Assembly (NCBI GenBank): GCA_965224025.1
Contig: OZ245033.1
Coordinates: 2,688,001-2,752,000 of the forward strand
Length of the DNA: 64,000 nt
Source of the DNA: Candidatus Multivorans sp.
Lineage (GTDB): Bacteria; Acidobacteriota; Thermoanaerobaculia; Multivoradales; Multivoraceae
Reading direction: 5' to 3'
The notes under the pieces were generated by a model. It was not told where the DNA came from. It was given only the letters and a program-made list of their open reading frames with translations, and made no database searches. Of the stretch, positions 47,675 to 58,531 are shown piece by piece. Position 1 is the first letter of the stretch. Every line of letters starts with the position of its first letter. Both the position numbers and the translations under genes were made by a program.

Positions 47675-48445
47675 CTACGGTTTCTCCTTCTCAGGAGGAG
47701 AAACCGGATTCGGGCCGGGCGCACTGAGCGGGAGGCGCGGCCGCCACTTGACCGCCCCTCTGCCGTCGACGAAGACCTCGCCCCGGAAGCACTTCTCCCT
47801 GACGTAGGTCGCGAAACCTCTGTCCGCGATCGTTCCCACGACCTCGCCGTCCACCACGAGGTCGTACACCTCTCGCTGCTGGAGCGCGGCGGTCTCGCGG
47901 GGAAGGATGAGCCGGAAACCTGCGGGAGCTTCGGCCGGCATCTGGCCGACGCTGGCCAGCTCCGCCGCTGTGCGCTGCCAGGCGCCATGGGCCGATCTCG
48001 GATCGGTCGTCAGGCCCGCTTCGGGTGCGGCGTCCTGAGCTCTAGGTGCGGATCCGGCGGGTCCGGCCTGGGTTGTTGAAACGAGGCTCTCCGAGATAGG
48101 GCCGGGGCCTGCCAGATCGTCGACGGCAGAACGAGAGGCGTCCGGGTCAGAGCCACTTTGGCTTTCGCCGGAAAGCCTGTCCGGCCCTTCGTCCATCTTG
48201 TAGACCGTCTGGCCTTCGGGAACCCCGGCCCTCATTTCGTCCTTGAGGCGGTTCACGAGTGCCGGGGGCCACCCGTAGTAGCGCGCGGCTTCCTGCAGAT
48301 CCACGAACCGGACCGCCGTGCGCTCGGCCTGTGCGAGCGTCACGGCCTTCAGGCGGCCACGGCGAATCGCCGCCCGTACCCCAGCCACCGTCACCTCGGC
48401 CAGCCGCGCGGTGAGCTTGATCGATAGAAGAACCGTCCCGGCCAT
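47675..48445 (-). CDS. Hypothetical protein with N-terminal excisionase/HTH_17-like domain
   Basis: TARLAEVTVAGVRAAIRRGRLKAV; RBS GGAGG; low-complexity linker. Confidence 0.55.
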   Translation of the reverse strand: MAGTVLLSIKLTARLAEVTVAGVRAAIRRGRLKAVTLAQAERTAVRFVDLQEAARYYGWPPALVNRLKDEMRAGVPEGQTVYKMDEGPDRLSGESQSGSDPDASRSAVDDLAGPGPISESLVSTTQAGPAGSAPRAQDAAPEAGLTTDPRSAHGAWQRTAAELASVGQMPAEAPAGFRLILPRETAALQQREVYDLVVDGEVVGTIADRGFATYVREKCFRGEVFVDGRGAVKWRPRLPLSAPGPNPVSPPEKEKP

Positions 48446-48588
48446 CGTCTCTGTTGCCCTCCGTCAATGTGTGACGAAACGTTACGTTGTTGCGTAGGGT
48501 AACACGGCCACGCGGCGGTGTCCTCCGGGTGCCGGCGGCCTCGCAGGCTGTCGCCGAAGGTGGCTAGACTGGGTGCAGCCAGAGCTCG

Positions 48589-49020
48589 CTACCGAGTAGC
48601 TCGCTTGTTCCGATGGTACGTGAGCGCAGCAGCGATGCAGAAGCGAAGCGGGTCTTCCGGCAGTGAGTCCGTCTTGTCGAAGACGATCGCCCGATTGCCC
48701 TCGAATCGCAATTCGTCTGGAAAGAGAGCCCGGAACGTCTCGATCAGGTTGGTTCGGCAGTGGAAGTACATCGCGTACTGGGACGGTTGCGATCTCTTCC
48801 AACCGATCCGCACGGTGCTTCCACTCTTGCTCTGCGAAGTGACGTAGGCCGGCTCGCCCCACTTCAGCGTTTCTTCGAGTGGCCCTACACCGTCTGTGTT
48901 GTCGGCTGTCTCGAGTATGAGAGAACGCAGAACCAGGAGCCTGCTGCGGATTGCGGGCGGGTAGGCCTCAAACTTCTCGGCAACGTCTCCGTCTTTCGGC
49001 TTCATTCGCTCGAAGCTCAT
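48589..49020 (-). CDS. DUF1801 (YdhG-like) protein
   Basis: LEETLKWGEPAY, GSTVRI, YFHCRTNL, FEGNRAI, ALTYH. Confidence 0.88.
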   Translation of the reverse strand: MSFERMKPKDGDVAEKFEAYPPAIRSRLLVLRSLILETADNTDGVGPLEETLKWGEPAYVTSQSKSGSTVRIGWKRSQPSQYAMYFHCRTNLIETFRALFPDELRFEGNRAIVFDKTDSLPEDPLRFCIAAALTYHRNKRATR

Positions 49021-50147
49021 AGCACCTCGCCGATGTAGCGTTCCCGCGCCAACCGCCAGAACACGACCAGGAACGCCGTCAACGGGATCGCCAGGATCAT
49101 GCCGGCGATGCCGTTGAGGGCCGAGCCCCAGAAGAAGACGGCGACGATGATGGCCATCGGGTGCAGCCCGGTGCGGTCGCCCATGATCCGCGGCGTCAGT
49201 ACATAGGCCTCGATGAGTTGGACGAGCACGAAGACGACCAGCACCCAGATGACGAGGTTGAGTCCGCCATCCTGCTGCCAGTAGCCGATCGGCAGGGCCA
49301 CGGCCAGACCGACAATGCTGCCCAGATACGGGATGATGTTGAGGAAGCCGAGCATGAGTCCGAGGACCAGGCCGTAGCGCAGGCCGGCGATGGAGAAGCC
49401 GATGGCGAACAGCGCTCCCTGGAGGAAGGCGATGACGAGCTGGCCGCGGAAGAAGGCGACCAGGATGTCGATGAACTCCTGGATCAGGTAGATCACGTCG
49501 CCGCGCGTCTTGGCCTTGAGGAACGGAAACAGGTGATCGAGCTTTCGGAACCGGTCCGGCTCGACGATGAGGAAGAAGCACAGGTAGACCGGCAGCACCG
49601 CCCAGGCGAAGAGCGAGGCGAGGCCGGCGCCGATGCTCTGGAGTACGTCCAGAGCGGTGTCGCCGACTATGCCGAGGCTCGAGAGCAGGTTCGACTCTCC
49701 GCCCTCGAACGCCTCCCGCACCTGGATTGCGACCGAATTCGTTTCCAGGAACTCGGTCACGACGGGCGAAATCTCGGCCGTCCAGTCGACGACGCGGTCC
49801 CACGCGCCGGGGAGCGCATCGAAGAGTTCGTCGATCTGTGACGCCGCCATGGCGCCGAAGAACCAGGCGAAGCCGGCGACGGGAACGAGCAGCGACAGCA
49901 GCACGGCGGCCACCGCGAGGATCTTCGGGAACCGCAGCCGCTCGTTGAGCAGCTCGTAGTACGGCCGGAGCACGAACGCCAGCACGGCCGCGACCGCCAG
50001 CGGCAGGAAGACGCTCGAGAAGGCGGCGAAGAACGTGCCGACGGCCCAGAACAGCGCCGCCACCGCGGCGAGGATGACGGCGGCCGCGGCGATCGTCGCG
50101 GCGGCTGCGACCGTGGCGCGCTGGCGTTCCGAGAGTTCGATCTGCAC
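49017..50147 (-). CDS. AI-2E family transporter
   Basis: FFRGQL, LNIIPYLG, LTPRIMGDRTGLHP, GMILAIP. Confidence 0.92.
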   Translation of the reverse strand: MQIELSERQRATVAAAATIAAAAVILAAVAALFWAVGTFFAAFSSVFLPLAVAAVLAFVLRPYYELLNERLRFPKILAVAAVLLSLLVPVAGFAWFFGAMAASQIDELFDALPGAWDRVVDWTAEISPVVTEFLETNSVAIQVREAFEGGESNLLSSLGIVGDTALDVLQSIGAGLASLFAWAVLPVYLCFFLIVEPDRFRKLDHLFPFLKAKTRGDVIYLIQEFIDILVAFFRGQLVIAFLQGALFAIGFSIAGLRYGLVLGLMLGFLNIIPYLGSIVGLAVALPIGYWQQDGGLNLVIWVLVVFVLVQLIEAYVLTPRIMGDRTGLHPMAIIVAVFFWGSALNGIAGMILAIPLTAFLVVFWRLARERYIGEVL

Positions 50148-50321
50148 CGGCGGTCCGTCCTCGACGGGACGCTACCACCGATGTCCTGGCGCGCCGCCGG
50201 GGTGTCGCCGTCCCGAGGACGGGCCCGTTCCCGGCTTCCAGCATGCCTGTACGTCAACGCTCCTTGTCTTTTACATGGCCCGTTAGATGTTCGGCGACGC
50301 GGCATCCGTATACTGATTCGC

Positions 50322-50918
50322 ATGACCGTAATGCTGCTTGACAGGCCGCCGCGGACCTTGCCGCGCAGTTTGGGGCCGTACCGCCGCCGCGACTACATGG
50401 CCCTCCCCGATGAACCCCGCTGCGAGTTGATCCGTGGGAGGTTCTACCTGAGTCCCAGCCCGATCGTCCTCCACCAGTTCATCGTCGGTTACCTGAACAG
50501 GTTGTTCTTCGACGTGGCCGATCGCACCGGCGGCACGGCGATTGTGGCGCCGATGGATGTGCACCTGGCGGACCACTCGGTGGTGCAGCCCGATGTGATC
50601 TACGTCTCCCCGGAGCATGACGAGATCGTGCAGGACTGGATGGAAGGCGCTCCGGACCTCGTGGTCGAAGTGCTGTCGCCCTCGACCGCGTCGCGGGACC
50701 GGATCCACAAGCTCGACCTCTACGCTGCCGCTGGCGTGCGTGAGTACTGGATCGTCGATCCGCGGCAGCGCCGGATCACGTTCCTCGTTCACGACGGCGA
50801 GGGCTTCGCCGAGCGCGCGCCGGAGGGCGCCAGCTATCGGACGCCGGCGGTTCCGGAGATCACGCTGGACATCGACGAACTCTGGGCCGCGGTCGACCGG
50901 AAGTTCTCGGACAACTGA
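50322..50918 (+). CDS. Uma2-family endonuclease
   Basis: ELIRG, VVQPDV, APDLVVEVLSPST, GVREYWIVDP. Confidence 0.92.
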   Translation: MTVMLLDRPPRTLPRSLGPYRRRDYMALPDEPRCELIRGRFYLSPSPIVLHQFIVGYLNRLFFDVADRTGGTAIVAPMDVHLADHSVVQPDVIYVSPEHDEIVQDWMEGAPDLVVEVLSPSTASRDRIHKLDLYAAAGVREYWIVDPRQRRITFLVHDGEGFAERAPEGASYRTPAVPEITLDIDELWAAVDRKFSDN

Positions 50919-50955
50919 GGGCCTGCGCCGCGGACTGAGCTGTCGCACCGATCCT

Positions 50956-50984
50956 GAGAACGCGGGCATCCTGTCCGCATCCGG
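50956..50984 (+). repeat. REP-like palindrome (degenerate)
   Basis: GAGAACGCGGGCATCCTGTCCGCATCCGG. Confidence 0.7.
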
Positions 50985-51065
50985 TCCGAAGCGCTGACTT
51001 GTTTCGCGCTTGAAGCTCGCTACGAGCACCCCCTATGCAGCGGGGGTAGATACGATCACTCCCCC

Positions 51066-52358
51066 ATGGCTGCGAAACACCGATTCCAGACCGTCAAGGG
51101 CATGCGGGACTTGGTGCCACCGCATGCGGACTACTTTGCCGCGGTGGAACAAGCCGCTCGGTCGGTGTTCAAGCTGTATGGCTACAACGAGTTGCGTACG
51201 CCCATCGTGGAGGACACCGAACTGTTTGTGCGCGGAGTCGGCGAGGGCAGCGAGATCGTCGGCAAGCAGATGTACACCTTCAGCGACAAGAAGGGCCGCA
51301 GCTTGACGCTTCGCCCGGAGAGCACGGCGGCCGTGGCGCGCGCCTACCTGCAGCACAACATGGGGTCCTGGCCGCAGCCGGTCAAGGTCTTTTACATGGG
51401 GCCCCACTTCCGCTACGAGCGGCCTCAGGCAGGGCGCTACCGCCAGTTCAGCCAGATTGGCGCCGAGTTGATCGGCGATCTGGGACCCTACAGCGATGTG
51501 GAGCTGCTCATCATGCTCCTCCGTTTCTTGTCGGAACTCGGCTTCGCGAACTTGGAAGTGAGGCTCAACTCGGTCGGCGATCCTGAATGCCGGGAGCGAT
51601 ACTCGCGGCGTCTGAGCGAGTACCTCGAACCCCACCGTGACGACCTAGGCGCGGACAGCAAGCGTCGCTTGGAGACGAATCCGCTTCGCATCCTGGACAC
51701 GAAGGTGCCGGACGAACGTCGCCTGCTGGAGGGTGCGCCGCCCCTAGTCGATGTACTCGGAGATCCGGCACGCCGACACTTCGATGTGCTGTGCGAGGAG
51801 CTTGGACGGTTGGGAGTAGAGTTTCAACCGGACGATCAGCTGGTTCGGGGTCTCGACTACTACACGCGGACTGTGTTCGAGATCACTTCGGCGGATCTGG
51901 GTGCCCAGAACGCGATCGTGGGCGGTGGCCGATACGACGGCCTCATTGCCGATCTGGGAGGAGCGAGCGTGCCGGGGATTGGCTTCGCGATCGGTGAAGA
52001 CCGACTGGTCTCGCTGCTTCTCGATACCCTTTGGGGCGGCAGTATCGGTAACGAGGTCCTTCAACAGCCAAGGGTATGTGTGGTTCCGGTAGGCGCTTCG
52101 TACCGTCGGCATGGACTTCAGTTGGCGCAGGAATTGCGCGACGCCGGCATCCCTGCGATCTGTGAGTTCGATGCCCTCAGGCCACTCAAGGTCGGTTTGA
52201 GGCAAGCCGGCCGCCGCGGTTGCCGGTGGATCGTGCTGATAGGCGAGGACGAGTTAGCCGCCGGCACCGTCGTCCTCCGGGACTTCAAGAACAGTACCCA
52301 GGAAACCATCCGACGCGACGAGTTCGTCGCCACCGTGAAGGCGAGAATTTCCGCCTGA
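51066..52358 (+). CDS. hisS: Histidine--tRNA ligase
   Basis: LRPESTA, FRYERPQAGRYRQF, LVRGLDYYT, GGGRYDGL. Confidence 0.97.
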   Translation: MAAKHRFQTVKGMRDLVPPHADYFAAVEQAARSVFKLYGYNELRTPIVEDTELFVRGVGEGSEIVGKQMYTFSDKKGRSLTLRPESTAAVARAYLQHNMGSWPQPVKVFYMGPHFRYERPQAGRYRQFSQIGAELIGDLGPYSDVELLIMLLRFLSELGFANLEVRLNSVGDPECRERYSRRLSEYLEPHRDDLGADSKRRLETNPLRILDTKVPDERRLLEGAPPLVDVLGDPARRHFDVLCEELGRLGVEFQPDDQLVRGLDYYTRTVFEITSADLGAQNAIVGGGRYDGLIADLGGASVPGIGFAIGEDRLVSLLLDTLWGGSIGNEVLQQPRVCVVPVGASYRRHGLQLAQELRDAGIPAICEFDALRPLKVGLRQAGRRGCRWIVLIGEDELAAGTVVLRDFKNSTQETIRRDEFVATVKARISA

Positions 52359-52414
52359 GTTGTGCGAGGATCCGCGGTTCGAGCCCGTAGGTGTTCCGAA
52401 CCAAGGAAGAACAC

Positions 52415-54177
<1,763 letters not shown>

Positions 54178-54178
<1 letters not shown>

Positions 54179-54337
54179 CAGCCCGTGGCGAAAGTCACGC
54201 TGCATTCGAACGGCGATGCATCACGCCTGACATCGTTGCTCCTCAGTCGAAGATGGCCCGATCTGCTCGTTCGTCGCGCCTTGTCAGCCGTGCGCCTCGC
54301 CGCTCTCGGTGCGACGCGAACTTCCGCCACGGGCTGC
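54178..54337. mobile_element. MITE-like element (160 bp) with 18-bp TIRs and TA flanks
   Basis: TA-GCAGCCCGTGGCGAAAGT...ACTTCCGCCACGGGCTGC-TA (17/18); no transposase. Confidence 0.75.
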
Positions 54338-54348
54338 TAGAGGTTGCC

Positions 54349-55524
54349 TTGGCCGAGCCCGCCGCGGATGGCCCGTATCGTCTGACTCTCACCCACTCCC
54401 GGGGCGTCAGCGAGATCCTCGTCGGCCCGGGTCTGCTGGCCGCGGGCGCCGAGGGCGCGCTTGGTGGCGTCGCGGACTGGTGCCGGGGCCGGGTCGCGTT
54501 CCTGGTGACGAGCGAGGCGCCGGATCGCCACTGCGGCGCCTCGGCACGCCGGTTGCTGGAGTCCGCGGGCGCGGCACGGGTCGAGACGATCGAAGTGCCC
54601 GACGGCGAGGCGGCGAAGACGGTCGAGTGCGCCGCTTCCGTCTGGCGGCAGATGCTTGAGCGCGGCGGCAAGCGCGACAGTCGCCTGGTGACCCTCGGCG
54701 GCGGCGCCGTGGGCGATCTCGGAGGTTTCGCCGCCGGCTGCTTCCTGCGCGGCATCGACTACAGCCAGATCCCGACCACGCTGCTGGCCCAGGTCGACGC
54801 CTCCGTCGGCGGCAAGACCGGCGTCGACCTGCCCGGCGGCAAGAACACGGTCGGCGCCTTCCACCATCCCCGTTTCGTCCTCGCCGACATCGACTGCCTA
54901 CGTACGCTGCCGCCCGGTGAGTTGCGGGCCGGGCTGTTCGAGGTCGTCAAGATGGCGGCGCTGCTCGATCTCAGTCTGCTGACGGTCGTGGAGGAGTCGC
55001 TGGAGGCGTTGCTGGCCGGAGATGCCGAGTGGCTGACGCCGGTGGTCGCTTCGTCGGTCCGGGCCAAGCTGCGCGTCGTCGCGGCGGACCTGGAGGAGGG
55101 GGACAGCCGGCGCCTGCTCAACTTCGGCCACACCTTGGGGCACGCAATCGAATCGGAGTGCGGCTACCGGGGCCTGCGTCACGGCGATGCGGTGGCTCAC
55201 GGCATGAGGTTCGCCCTGCGGCTTGCGGGTCGGCGCGGCATCGATCCGCGGTTCGCGGCGAGGCTCCTGGGCTTGATCGATCGGATGGGACCGCCCGCGC
55301 TCGCCGATGTGGAGCGTGATCTTGGCATTCGCCTCGACGTAGACCGCTTGATCGCCGCCATGGGGCGCGACAAAAAGGCGCGCGAGAGCGGTCTGGTCTG
55401 GATCCTGCCGGCCGAACCGGGTCGTGGCGAGATCGTCGCCGATCTCGATCCGGCGCTGGTGCGGAGTGAACTCCGGGCCTTCCTCGACGACTCCCGCGCC
55501 TCGTCGTCCGGGGGCGTGCCGTGA
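54349..55524 (+). CDS. aroB: 3-dehydroquinate synthase
   Basis: GGGAVGDLGGF, PTTLLAQVDASVGGKT, LNFGHTLGHAIE, HGDAV, DKK. Confidence 0.95.
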   Translation: MAEPAADGPYRLTLTHSRGVSEILVGPGLLAAGAEGALGGVADWCRGRVAFLVTSEAPDRHCGASARRLLESAGAARVETIEVPDGEAAKTVECAASVWRQMLERGGKRDSRLVTLGGGAVGDLGGFAAGCFLRGIDYSQIPTTLLAQVDASVGGKTGVDLPGGKNTVGAFHHPRFVLADIDCLRTLPPGELRAGLFEVVKMAALLDLSLLTVVEESLEALLAGDAEWLTPVVASSVRAKLRVVAADLEEGDSRRLLNFGHTLGHAIESECGYRGLRHGDAVAHGMRFALRLAGRRGIDPRFAARLLGLIDRMGPPALADVERDLGIRLDVDRLIAAMGRDKKARESGLVWILPAEPGRGEIVADLDPALVRSELRAFLDDSRASSSGGVP

Positions 55525-56516
55525 GCGTGGAAATCGGCGGTAGCGGTGCGGCCGCGCCGGCGGTCGAGGACGAGGCGCGCGAATCGCGGGAATCCGGAAG
55601 GGGTGGCCTGTGGAACCGGCTGCGGCGGGGCTTGGGCCGCACCCGGAAGGGACTCGTCGGCCGCATCGGCACCGCGCTTGGAGGCGCCGCGCGGATTGAC
55701 GAGGACGTGCTGGAGCGGCTCGAGGAGACGCTGATCGAGTCGGACCTCGGGGTCGAGACCTCGCTCGAACTCGTCGAGCGGTTGCGTCAGGCGGGAGACT
55801 CGGGGCCGATCGCCGCCGGCGACGAGTTCGCGCTCCGGCAGTTGCTGGTCGACGAAGTGGCGGTTCTGCTGCTCGACGCGCCGCCCGCGGCGCTGCCGGC
55901 GACCCCGCGCATCACGCTGATGGTGGGCGTCAACGGTTCGGGCAAGACGACCTCCGCCGCCAAGCTGGCGCAGGCGTCCCTGGCTCGCGGCGAGAAGGTC
56001 CTCTTCGCGGCCGGCGACACGTTTCGTGCCGCGGCCGCGGAGCAACTCGGGGTCTGGGGCGAGCGGCTGGGCATCGAGGTCGTCCGTCGCCCGTCGGGCG
56101 GCGACCCGGCGGCGCTCGTCTTCGACGCCGTCCAGGCGGCCACAGCACGCGGCATCGATCATCTGATCGTCGACACGGCGGGCCGCCTCCACACCCGCGG
56201 TCAACTGATGGAGGAACTGTCGAAGGTCCACCGCGTTGCGCGGCGCGCGGCCGGCGACACGTGGAACATCTTCACCCTCCTGGTTGTGGACGCCGGCAAC
56301 GGTCACAACGCGCTGGTGCAGGCGCGCGAGTTCGGGGCGACGGTTCCGATCGACGCCGTGTTCCTGGCCAAGCTCGACGGCACGGCCAAGGGCGGCATGG
56401 CAGTGGCGATCGCCCGCGATCTGCGCCTGCCGGTCGCCTACCTCGGTGTGGGCGAGGGGGTTGAGGACATCGTCGACTACAAGCCGCGGCCGTTTGCGGC
56501 CGCCCTGTTCGGGTGA
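55521..56516 (+). CDS. ftsY: Signal recognition particle receptor
   Basis: GVNGSGKTT, DTFRAAA, DTAGRL, KLDGTAKGG, GVGE. Confidence 0.95.
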   Translation: MSVEIGGSGAAAPAVEDEARESRESGRGGLWNRLRRGLGRTRKGLVGRIGTALGGAARIDEDVLERLEETLIESDLGVETSLELVERLRQAGDSGPIAAGDEFALRQLLVDEVAVLLLDAPPAALPATPRITLMVGVNGSGKTTSAAKLAQASLARGEKVLFAAGDTFRAAAAEQLGVWGERLGIEVVRRPSGGDPAALVFDAVQAATARGIDHLIVDTAGRLHTRGQLMEELSKVHRVARRAAGDTWNIFTLLVVDAGNGHNALVQAREFGATVPIDAVFLAKLDGTAKGGMAVAIARDLRLPVAYLGVGEGVEDIVDYKPRPFAAALFG

Positions 56517-57706
56517 GCGCGATGGTCGCTGGAGCAGTTGGGGCCAACGGAGAGGGCGATCGTTTCGACGACGCGGATCGAGTGGCGATGGCCCGCGCGC
56601 TGACCCTGGCGCGCCGCGGCCGGTTCACCACGGCGCCGAACCCGATGGTCGGCGCGGTGGTCCTGCGGGACGGCGAGATCGTCGGCGCCGGCTGGCACCG
56701 CCGGGCCGGCGGGGAGCACGCCGAGGCGATGGCGCTGTCCGCGGCGGGCGACCTGGCCGTCGGTGCAACCGTCTACGTGACCTTGGAGCCCTGCAACCAC
56801 CAGGGTCGCACGCCGCCCTGCGCCCGCGGCATCCTGGAGGCTGGTGTGGACCGCGTGGTCTACGCGCACCGCGACCCGAACCCGGAGGTGACCGGCGGCG
56901 GTGCCGACCGGCTGCGGGCCGCCGGCCTCCGCGTCGAGAGCGGGCTGCTGGCGGAGGAGGCGGTCGAGTTGAACGTGCCCTTTTTGACCGGTCTCCTGCA
57001 TCGACGGCCCGCCGTGACGCTGAAGTGGGCGATGAGCCTGGACGGCCGGATCGCGACGGCGAGCGGCGACAGCCAGTGGATCTCGTCGCCGCGCGGCCGG
57101 CTGTGGGCGCTCGAACTGCGCGAGGAACACCAGGCGATCGTGGTGGGCAGCGGCACCGCGCTGGCCGACGATCCGCGTCTCAACCGGCGGCTGGGTCGGG
57201 CCGAGGGGCCGATCGTGCGGGTGGTGCTCGATCGGCGGTTGCGGCTGTCCCCCGGGGCGCAGATGTTCGAGGTCGAGGGGCCGGTCGTCGTTTACACGGC
57301 GCAACCGGAAGGTGCTGAGGGCGAGGGTGCAACGGAATGGGCCAAGCGGCGCGACCGTCTGCGCGACGCGGGCGCCGATGTCGTCGTGCTCGAGGCCGTG
57401 GAGCCGGCTGCGGTGCTGGCAGACCTGCGCGGGCGCGGCGTGTCGCACGTGCTCGTCGAGGGCGGCGCCGGGGTCCTGGCGGCGTTCGCGTCCTCGGATG
57501 TCTGGGATCGCGCTGCGGTGTGCTGCGCGCCGCTTCTGATCGGTGGCACAGAAGCCCCGGGTCCGCTCGGCGGTGCCGGTGTGGAGCGGCTGACGGAAGC
57601 GTGGCGCCTGGGCCGCTTGAGAGTGCGGCAGCGCGGCCCGGATGTGATTCTCGTAGGCTACAGGCAGGGATGTTTACCGGAATTATCCAAGAGCGTGGCC
57701 GGGTAG
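56513..57706 (+). CDS. ribD: Bifunctional riboflavin deaminase/reductase
   Basis: PNPMVG, HAE, TLEPCNH..TPPC, SLDGRIA, VEGG. Confidence 0.95.
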   Translation: MSAMVAGAVGANGEGDRFDDADRVAMARALTLARRGRFTTAPNPMVGAVVLRDGEIVGAGWHRRAGGEHAEAMALSAAGDLAVGATVYVTLEPCNHQGRTPPCARGILEAGVDRVVYAHRDPNPEVTGGGADRLRAAGLRVESGLLAEEAVELNVPFLTGLLHRRPAVTLKWAMSLDGRIATASGDSQWISSPRGRLWALELREEHQAIVVGSGTALADDPRLNRRLGRAEGPIVRVVLDRRLRLSPGAQMFEVEGPVVVYTAQPEGAEGEGATEWAKRRDRLRDAGADVVVLEAVEPAAVLADLRGRGVSHVLVEGGAGVLAAFASSDVWDRAAVCCAPLLIGGTEAPGPLGGAGVERLTEAWRLGRLRVRQRGPDVILVGYRQGCLPELSKSVAG

Positions 57707-58344
57707 TCGAGGGCCCCGGAGCTTCGCGGAGCCACGGTGCTCGCGTGGTGGTCGGGCACTCCCAGGAGCTCGCATCGCAGCTGGGTTCGGGGGCCAGTCT
57801 CTCGGTTTCCGGCGTGTGCCTGACCGTGGTGGAGCAGGGCGGTGCGAACGACGTTCCGGGTACCGGCGCGGTGAGCGGTGAGCTCGCGGCCTGGTCCGCC
57901 TTCGACCTGTCTCCGGAAACCCTGAGCCGGACCACCCTGGGAGCGCTTGAGGACGGCGACGAGGTGAACCTGGAAGCGCCGCTTGCCGCCGGTGACCCTC
58001 TTGGCGGACACCTGGTCCAGGGACACGTCGACACGACGACCCGCGTGGTGAAGGTCGAGGAACTGGGGGACAACCGGGTCATTACGTTCGAGGTGCCTCA
58101 AGAGCTGGCGTCGGGAATGGTGGAGAAAGGCAGCGTGACGATCGACGGCGTCAGCCTGACGATCGCTGCGCTGGACGAAGAGACCTTCGACGTGGCCCTG
58201 ATTCCGCACACGCTCGAGGTCACGACTCTGGGGAACCTGGAGCCCGGCGACCAAGTCAACGTCGAGGGCGACATCCTCGCCAGGTACGTTCAGAAGTCGG
58301 TCGAAGCCGCGGTCGCTGCGGCGCTTGGTTCGAACAAGCGTTGA
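57670..58344 (+). CDS. ribE: Riboflavin synthase (alpha chain)
   Basis: MFTGII start, GVCLTV, GGHLVQGHVD, KGSVTIDGVSLT. Confidence 0.95.
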   Translation: MFTGIIQERGRVVEGPGASRSHGARVVVGHSQELASQLGSGASLSVSGVCLTVVEQGGANDVPGTGAVSGELAAWSAFDLSPETLSRTTLGALEDGDEVNLEAPLAAGDPLGGHLVQGHVDTTTRVVKVEELGDNRVITFEVPQELASGMVEKGSVTIDGVSLTIAALDEETFDVALIPHTLEVTTLGNLEPGDQVNVEGDILARYVQKSVEAAVAAALGSNKR

Positions 58345-58531
58345 GCGCCCTCTCCAAGCCGTTGTTTACAGCAGAGCCGCACATCGCTGCCGACGCCGTA
58401 TCTCTGGGTGCGCGGGCCTGTAGCCGCGGGTCTTCTGACCCGCGGAGAATGCGCGCGATGCTGCGAAGCGGCGAGCCCGAGTTGTTTCGGGAGTCCGTGC
58501 GTCCGCCCGAGATTCGAACTGGAACCGCGCC

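Noticed and set aside
58495-58530. tRNA-like T-loop (AGTTCGAATCTC on minus strand)
   Set aside because: The T-stem does not pair and no cloverleaf or acceptor stem can be built; the spacer contains only a GC hairpin (CCGCGGGTC-TTCT-GACCCGCGG).
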